64,000 bases of DNA, taken from Octopus sinensis. Lineage: Eukaryota. The notes under the pieces are model-generated. The model had not been told where the DNA came from, ran no database searches, and saw nothing but the letters and a program-made list of their open reading frames with translations. The translations under genes and the position numbers were made by a program. Each line of letters begins with the position of its first letter. Within the stretch, counting starts at the first letter, position 1. This document shows, in pieces, positions 56,411-64,000 of the stretch. The stretch is taken from assembly GCF_006345805.1 (NCBI RefSeq), contig NC_043023.1, positions 9,300,001-9,364,000 of the forward strand, written 5' to 3'.

Positions 56411-56447
<37 letters not shown>

Positions 56448-56540
56448 CAACAATTGAGGGTAAAATTAATTAATTATTAATCAATTTCACCAAGTATTCA
56501 GTATGTAAAGGGACCATTTTAGGCGAATTCAAAATATTAC

Positions 56541-56787
<247 letters not shown>

Positions 56788-56889
56788 TATATTATGTGTA
56801 AAGTGCGTGCATATTCATATGTACATTTGTGTCTGAAATATGTGGATAAATATATAGTCCTTTAATGTTTCGTCTTTGGCAGGAGATAT

Positions 56890-57936
56890 ACTCAATACTC
56901 AAGACAGAGCTGCATGCGAGAAACAGGATCGAAGCGATTGATGTTTTAGCCATACCAGACGTGACTTACAGTTTCAACAACGTTAACTGATCAATTTCTG
57001 AAATATATAATGTTGACAGAAAAATACGACAACTGTTGACAATGCATAGAATGCACCACCCTAAGGCAAATATAGAACGACTCTATCTGCCAAGAAAAGA
57101 GGGAGGCCGTGGACTTTTACAACTGGCAATAACAATGAAGATTTCTACAATTGGCCTAGACACCTACCTGAAAAACTCTGAGGACTGGATGTTAAAACTT
57201 ATCTCAAAACATCAAAACGAGAAAGCATCATACGCAGTAACAAAACAGGCAAAGGAATATCTAAGTGAATTCCGAATACAACAAATTTCGGAATTAGACA
57301 CAAGAAACAAGCACAGAAAAAGCTAAGCGCATGAAAACTCGTGCTAAAACTGCTGCCTTAGATTTTCTGAATGATAAATGACAAGAAAAACCTCTCAATG
57401 GCAAATACCCAAAGAGAGCGAATAATGCAGATGTTGACCCATCAATGGCTAATGGCCTCTGGCTTAAAATCTGAAACAGAAGGGTTTATCATAGCAGCTG
57501 AAGATCAATGCCTACCAACAAGGAACTACCAGGCCAACATATTAAAGAACGGCAGTAGCCCAACATGTCGTGTATGTCAACATTGATCATGTTGTCTCCA
57601 AGTGCAGTCTTCTTGCGTCTACAGAGTATCTCAACAGGCATGATGGAGCTGCACTATATATTAACTGGATGATTTGCAAAAGCCCGGACTTGCCCCATGA
57701 TAAAAACTGGTGGGATCACAAACCATCTCCACTGCTTGAAAATTACCACATCTCACTCCTCAAACATAATTTTCGTATGTTTTTTTACACATTCACTAGT
57801 ACAACACTAAGTACAAAACCAAATATATGGCACCCTAACCATAACACCAACACGAACTTCAAGCTTGTTGTCTCTTGAGATCTCTGGGTGAGACTTGTAG
57901 CCAGCTTGTGCAAATGTGAAGCAAAAGTCAAACATC
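56890..57936 (+). mobile_element. Best-preserved R4/Dong-like copy: RT thumb, zinc knuckle, apparent 3' UTR, then (TAA)n; RLE region deleted
   Basis: MHHPKANIERLYLPRKEGGRGLLQL; THQWLMASGLKSETEGFIIAAEDQCLPTRNY; CRVC..DHVVSKC; ends immediately at the (TAA)n tract starting 57937. Confidence 0.85.
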
Positions 57937-58004
<68 letters not shown>

Positions 58005-58019
58005 GTAATAATAATAATA
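57937..58019. repeat. (TAA)n microsatellite
   Basis: Direct reading. Confidence 0.95.
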
Positions 58020-58099
58020 CCTAGAAATAATGGGGGAAGAGGAAGGATGAAGGTAGGACAATAGCAATGAACAAATACTCATGCAGTACAGAAGGCTGG

Positions 58100-58450
58100 A
58101 TGCTGCAGCTTGTGTGCAAACCCGAAAGCAGGAAAAACACATTTTATTGCTAAGGAAACTTGCAAATTTGGAAGGGAACTTGCCATTAATCCTGATTTAT
58201 ATGAACAACCTGAAACCAGTGCTACCATATACGCCAAACGAATCAAGCAGACCGCAAAAGAGAACGGGCATAAGCAAATTGAGGATCGGTGGAGCCAGAA
58301 GCCTCTTCGTGAACACTATAAAATTCGAAGCCGATATGCTTATGTAGACCAAGCAACAACCCATCAGTGACTGAGGAGCCCAGAACTGAAAGCAGAGTAT
58401 GACTATTTCATACTGGCGGTGCAAGATCGAAGCTTGCTGATCAAAACCTT
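58100..58450 (+). mobile_element. Fragment of a second, divergent R4-like family
   Basis: RWSQKPLREHY..VDQATTHQ*LRSPELKAEYDYFILAVQDRSL parallels THQWL..GLKSETEGFIIAAEDQ. Confidence 0.6.
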
Positions 58451-59214
58451 CAGGTTAGCGTTCTTCGAAATAGATTTGACCCTAAATGCATTTTCTGGAA
58501 GAGAGTTGATGACGATGGTGTTGGTGGAAGTGGTGGAGGTAGTGGTGGTTGCATTGGATAGTGAAAAGCGTGCATGCATTTCAATTGGAATACGGTTTTA
58601 TAGAACGTCTCTCTTTCATAACGCATGCGCATAAATGAAATTCCGTGAAGTTTTCACGTTTATGTACGTGGCATTATTTTGCAATTTTACGAAATGTTGT
58701 ATCATATGTATGAGATGTTTATTTTTGTTTATTGTTTATAGCAAAATATGGAAAAATAAGAGTGACTGTTCATTTTATGAGTATTCTGTATTATATCCGT
58801 AAAATTGTAGGTAAAATATATTAAGTGCCCATATAAAGTTCATTAAGTAATCATCTTATTACAGTCTCGTTTGTTTTCCAATGAATAGCAGACGAGCAAC
58901 TATCTCTCCATGCAGACACAACGCAGTCTACACTTTCGATTTTATAAAAAAAGATTTCAAAAATTACTGCATAGGCTTAAAATTACCTCCGTGAAAAATT
59001 AACGGGTCCTGGAAATATATATAAATAAAGTCTTAAAGGTAGAAATATATATACACACATACGTGCAATACATAGTATATATACACATATTTATACATAA
59101 ACACACATGAATAATACTTGTATTCGCAAACTGAACATCTTGTAATCGAAGAAATCATATGTATTTAATAACAAAGAGGCACACACATAAATATGTAGTT
59201 ACATACATATGTAC

Positions 59215-59351
<137 letters not shown>

Positions 59352-59465
59352 TACATATACATATATATATATATATATATAGCATAAAATATTTATAAGA
59401 ATTTATCAAGTAGTTGGCGTCAAAAGCCTCATAAGGGAACAATTATGATTCCCTTTAAATATATG

Positions 59466-59583
<118 letters not shown>

Positions 59584-59993
59584 TACTTACGTATATATAT
59601 ATATATATATATAAAAACACATACATATATCTATATATTGCTTCATCATTCCTTCTTCTCATCTCCCTCACTTCTTATGAGATTTTACCTGATACATCAT
59701 CATCATACTCCACAGTCGCAACATCCTCAGCTCAGCAACCAACAGTGTCACCAATACCAACCAGTGTATAATTAACAGCGTTATCGTTATTATCATCAAT
59801 CTTCGTCATCACTCACCATCACCTTTATAATCATGTTCTTCACACATCATTATCGTGACATCCGTCATCGAATTCTAAAACTTCGACTTCCTTTTCTTAT
59901 CTTCCTGCCTGTCATCCCTCAGATATAATAGTAAAAAATATTGTAACGGGTCTCTTTTATGTTATTTCTTATGAGTTCTCTTTTATCTTACAG

Positions 59994-60065
59994 GAATCTA
60001 CAGAATAACAAAATCTCGACTATGGAGCAAGGAACATTCAGGAATCTTTCCGGCTTAGAGTATTT
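59994..60065 (+). CDS. LRR exon E10: NLQNNKISTMEQGTFRNLSGLEY(L)
   Basis: ttttatcttacag|GAATCTACAG...AGAGTATTT|gtaagt; 72 nt; phase 2-2. Confidence 0.92.
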
Positions 60066-60299
60066 GTAAGTTGAATATGTTTTGCTGATACTCTTCACTT
60101 GATATATTTCTAAATATTTAATGCTTTCCTATGTTTTTACTTCTTGAACTTGCCCTTCTCTAACTCAGATTTTCTCCACTTATGAATTTGCAAATGTGAA
60201 AGTGTTTACGAATATGAAAATTTGTTGTTTACATCAGTGATTTGTATTATGTGTGTGTATGTGTGTGTGTGTGTTTGTGTGTGTATATATTTCTCAATG

Positions 60300-61880
60300 T
60301 GGTCATCTGGAGAGCATACGTTCTCAGACGTTTGAACTACCTCTCCCAACTATACCAACATAAATATTAAAATAACGGCGAAACTCGAAGCAATCCAACG
60401 AAGCTACACAAACGAAATTGCATCAAGGAAACATACTGGCTACTGGGAAAGACTGAAAGAGTTATAGCGTTTTGTGAAATGCATCCGCACTCTCTGAGAT
60501 ATGCAGTACAAATTATGTCGTAGCAGATAACAGATAAGTTTTGGCCGCTATTTTGACCCTGTTGTGTCCACTGCTCTGATTGGTTGGCATTGGCACAGTT
60601 TGTCTGTTGACTTATTTCGCGCCAATATGTGAACCAACCAATCAGAACCTTCCAATAAGATCATGTGGCTCTGTCTTTTGGGTTTTCTTCTTGAGCCTCT
60701 AGTATGTTATAAAATCCCAGTGATCCAGTGAATCTGGGTCTTTGGTCTCTGACCATTGACCACACCAGAGAAGCCAGTTTCATCAACGACCAGACCAGCT
60801 AGTTCCAGCGACCCAGCCATGTTCCCGCTCCAGACAGCGACGACGCCAACATACACCAGCAATGCAGGACGTCTCCACCACCGTCGCCTTCGTCTCAACG
60901 TCACCGTTATCTACCGTCGCCATCACCACCGTCGACTTCAACGGTACGTACACAGCAACTCGCTTGAGTTTAGCTCACACGCTGTTTGTGTAATCACACC
61001 AAGGTTAACAGCACAGCACGACCGGCAAGACCTTCTGTACCGATGTAACCTGGCAAATGGATCGACGCCCAACTTCTACACGCATACCAACTGCTCTCCT
61101 CTTTGCCTCAACTTCCTTGACACAGAGCGAACTGCTATTGTGTACCTGTACGAACTGGTATTTATTCTCCATCTTGTGTCTGGACATTCTTTCTTTGCTT
61201 TGTATTGTTGTTTCACTCTTTTAACTTACAACGGACACACAGACACATGTGCACACACTCAGACACTACACTCTGCTAGCACTCACACACGCTCTTATCA
61301 CTATGTACACATCCTGTAAATAAAGTCTTTCTTTCTCTCAAGCAGTAGAACGGTTGTGTTTTTCTCCTTATTCTTTACTGGCACTCATATTCTTTTATAC
61401 CACATATCTGGTTTTCTTATTTTCTTAGGGACGACCGAGCGTTGTTTCAAAGGAGACATTTCTGTCACCAACTCCTTTACGTACGGTCGTTCACTACAGA
61501 GTGAAAACTCTTCTCTGTAGAATGAATGTGAGAAAGATACGCAGTGATATAAACCTGGAAATTCCTGGAAGGCCGTGTACCAAACTTAGGCATTGAAAAT
61601 TACACAAACAGCAGAACAAGGCGCAGCTGCATAATGACAAAGCTCCCAGCATATCAATGAAAATACGGGAACAGATACTTCAATAGTTTTGATTTCAAGA
61701 GCCACAGCTCTACAATATCCTGCCAACATTCCCGAGAGAAGGTACGGCCTGAATGTAGGCGTCCTTTAAACAAAACTGGTCCATCTCCATTGAAGGGTTC
61801 TAGATGAGCCTATCTCACTGCAGGAAACACAGATGACGGCGGCGGTATCGAAGACCCTCTTTCACCAAATATCACATATC
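60300..61880 (+). mobile_element. Decayed CR1/L2-like LINE 3' fragment, interrupted by a ~1.07-kb insertion (about 60465-61527)
   Basis: LWRAYVLRRLNYLSQL, LEAIQRSYT, YWERLKEL ... RERYAVI*TWKFLEGRVPNLGIENYTNSRT resemble the CR1-group RT C-terminus (from recall). Confidence 0.65.
60705..61404 (+). mobile_element. Probable solo LTR (700 bp)
   Basis: Starts TGTTATAAAA and ends TTTTATACCACA (TG..CA, short inverted ends); AATAAA at 61319-61324; higher GC than surroundings; no matching TSD seen. Confidence 0.5.
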
Positions 61881-62218
61881 AGAAGATATGAAAATTGAAT
61901 TATTCCTTGTAATGACGCATCTTCGTTCCTTCGCCCATGAGCTGTAACTCTTCGCCTAGCGCAACAGATAATAAAGGCAACCCTCGTACTTACGGTTGAA
62001 GAGACAGACAAGGCCTAATTTCGTAGCCAGCACGTAAGTGACAGAGCCACTGTAGGTGATTAATTGATCGACGCTTATCATGATATCCGTCATCGAATTC
62101 TAAAACTTTGACTTCTTTTTCTTATCTTCCTAATTGTCATTCCTTAGACATTATAGTAAAAAATGTTGCAACTGGTCTCTTCTATATTATTTCTTATGAG
62201 TTCTCTTTTATCTTACAG

Positions 62219-62290
62219 GAATCTAGGGAATAACAAAATCTCGACTATTGAGCAAGGAACATTCAGGAATCTTTCCAACATAAAGTATTT
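62219..62290 (+). CDS. LRR exon E11: NLGNNKISTIEQGTFRNLSNIKY(L)
   Basis: ttttatcttacag|GAATCTAGGG...AAAGTATTT|gtaagt; 72 nt; phase 2-2. Confidence 0.92.
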
Positions 62291-62514
62291 GTAAGTTGAA
62301 TCTATTTTGCCGATACTCTTCACTTGACGGTATATTTCTAAATATTTGGTGTTTTCCTATCTTTTTTCTTCGTGAACTTGCCCTTCTCTAACTCAGATTT
62401 TCTCCCTTTATGAGTCTGCAAATGTGCATGTGAAAGTGTTTAGAAATACGAAAATTTGGTGTTTACATCAGTGATTCGTATTGTGTGTGTGTATAAATTT
62501 CTGTATGTGGTCAT

Positions 62515-62766
62515 TTGGAGAGCATAAGTCCTCAGCCGTTTGAACTACTTCTCCCAACTATATTACCAAACAATATTAAATTAGCAGTGAAACTCGAAGC
62601 AATCCAATGAAGCTACATATAATAAATCGCTTCAAATCAACGTATTAGCTACTGGAAAAGACTGAAAGAGTGAAAGATATGCAGTGATATAAATCTGGAA
62701 ATTCATGGAAGGCCTTGTACCAAACCTTGGCATTGAAAGTTACACAAACAGCAGAACAGGGCGCCA
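62515..62766 (+). mobile_element. Paralogous CR1/L2-like LINE fragment downstream of E11, without the insertion
   Basis: ctcgaagcaatccaatgaagctac...gactgaaagagtgaaagatatgcagtgatataaatctggaaattcatggaaggcc. Confidence 0.65.
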
Positions 62767-63053
62767 CATTTTGCAAGTTGGATCAGTCTTGCTGATATTA
62801 TTTTCTTGACTGTATTTTTCTGCACATTTGATGTCTTCCCATGTTTCTTTCTGAACTTCAATTTGCCATTTTCTAACTCGCCTTCATTCAATATACGTGT
62901 AATGCAACGGGTGTTTGAAAATGTATGTTAATATGAGTGTTTGGATTCTACATCACTTTGTGTATAATTGTGTGTATGTGCATCTGTATTTTTTTCGTCT
63001 GAAATAAGTGAATAATTATATACTCGTTTACCGTTTCCTCTTGGGTAAGATAT
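62766..63053 (+). pseudogene. Relic LRR-unit slot: exon 3' stub with GC donor plus homologous post-exon intron; exon body absent
   Basis: acatttt|gcaagttggatcagtcttg...ttgccattttctaactc...ttctacatcact...tttcctcttgggtaagatat parallels acattttt|gtaagttgaaccagtcttg...ttgcccttctctaactc...tttcgtcttgggcaggagatat. Confidence 0.65.
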
Positions 63054-63214
63054 GTCAAGCGAACCAGAAAGCATTGCTTTCTTCTTCTAAAGAAAATTTG
63101 TTCGCCTGAAAGTTCACGAGGTCTAAGCACGGCTTTCAGGAATGTTGATTGGAAGATGCTTTCAGAAGTTTATTTATATTGTATGTGCTGAAGAGATTGG
63201 TTTAACCACCCGCA

Positions 63215-63487
<273 letters not shown>

Positions 63488-63489
63488 TA

Positions 63490-64000
63490 TACAGTACCAG
63501 GCAGTGGCTCTCATGGCTTCTGATCTTAACTGACTGGAAGTGTTATCATGTACATTGTTTTGTCTTGGTATAAAAGATGGGCTACAGCAAATATTCTGCT
63601 CAATACCACAGATTTGCTTGTCAGTTGTTTGACCATAACCAGTTGAGCATGTCCCTTAGTGGCTGACGATATGTGCATCTCTGATCACGCACAGAAGTAG
63701 TGGGGGAGCATCATAGCCATGTGTTGAAAGGAATTATTTGGGGTTTGGATAATTCACCTTTGGAAACATAGGTGGTTCGTTCAACATCCTTAAACAATCC
63801 TTATTCAGGGACCTTTTGAGCAGGATGGGTTACTCGACCAGAAGAAAATTCTAACTGGGCCTCACAGGCAAGGACATGCACTGTTTGTCTTGATATGAGA
63901 TCACAATGTCGCGCACATATGGTTGTGATGCATGTGTCTTGTGTATCTTGATCAGACGGGTAGTAATGATAGGTATTCTGGGCTTCGTATATTTTACCCC
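63490..64000. mobile_element. Unclassified dispersed repeat abutting the (TAA)n tract, running off the window end
   Basis: Higher-GC, non-array sequence starting at the TAA tract; resembles a common octopus repeat from memory only. Confidence 0.3.

Noticed and set aside
60756-61319. 187-aa ORF, the longest in the window
   Set aside because: It lies within the LTR-like block, is low-complexity, has no recognisable domain and no paralog.

Overview
AT-rich, microsatellite-rich eukaryotic DNA. The SINE remnant and repeat landscape look octopus-like to me (inference from recall, no database search). No ORF-track entry is a host gene: they are retroelement debris, microsatellite read-through or chance ORFs. 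The real gene is invisible to that track. Eleven 72-nt exons lie on the + strand (E1 4969-5040, E2 9702-9773, E3 17037-17108, E4 24398-24469, E5 31861-31932, E6 36161-36232, E7 40460-40531, E8 44766-44837, E9 49065-49136, E10 59994-60065, E11 62219-62290). Each has pyrimidine tract+CAG and GTAAGT, is phase 2/phase 2 and stop-free, and encodes one 24-aa extracellular-type leucine-rich repeat. Each exon sits in a tandemly duplicated multi-kb genomic unit: ~7.35-kb long (L) units, five ~4.3-kb short (S) units, and an older E10/E11 pair. The units also carry decayed R4/Dong-like retrotransposon pieces, a SINE remnant and a foldback element. Among E1-E9, amino-acid changes cluster at exposed positions of the LxxLxLxxN beta-strand and the adjacent loop, while a 13-codon core is invariant. 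Several unit copies have lost their exon by deletion. This looks like a rapidly expanding and contracting, surface-diversifying LRR cassette array, possibly an immune or recognition receptor. Its N- and C-terminal exons were not found in the window.
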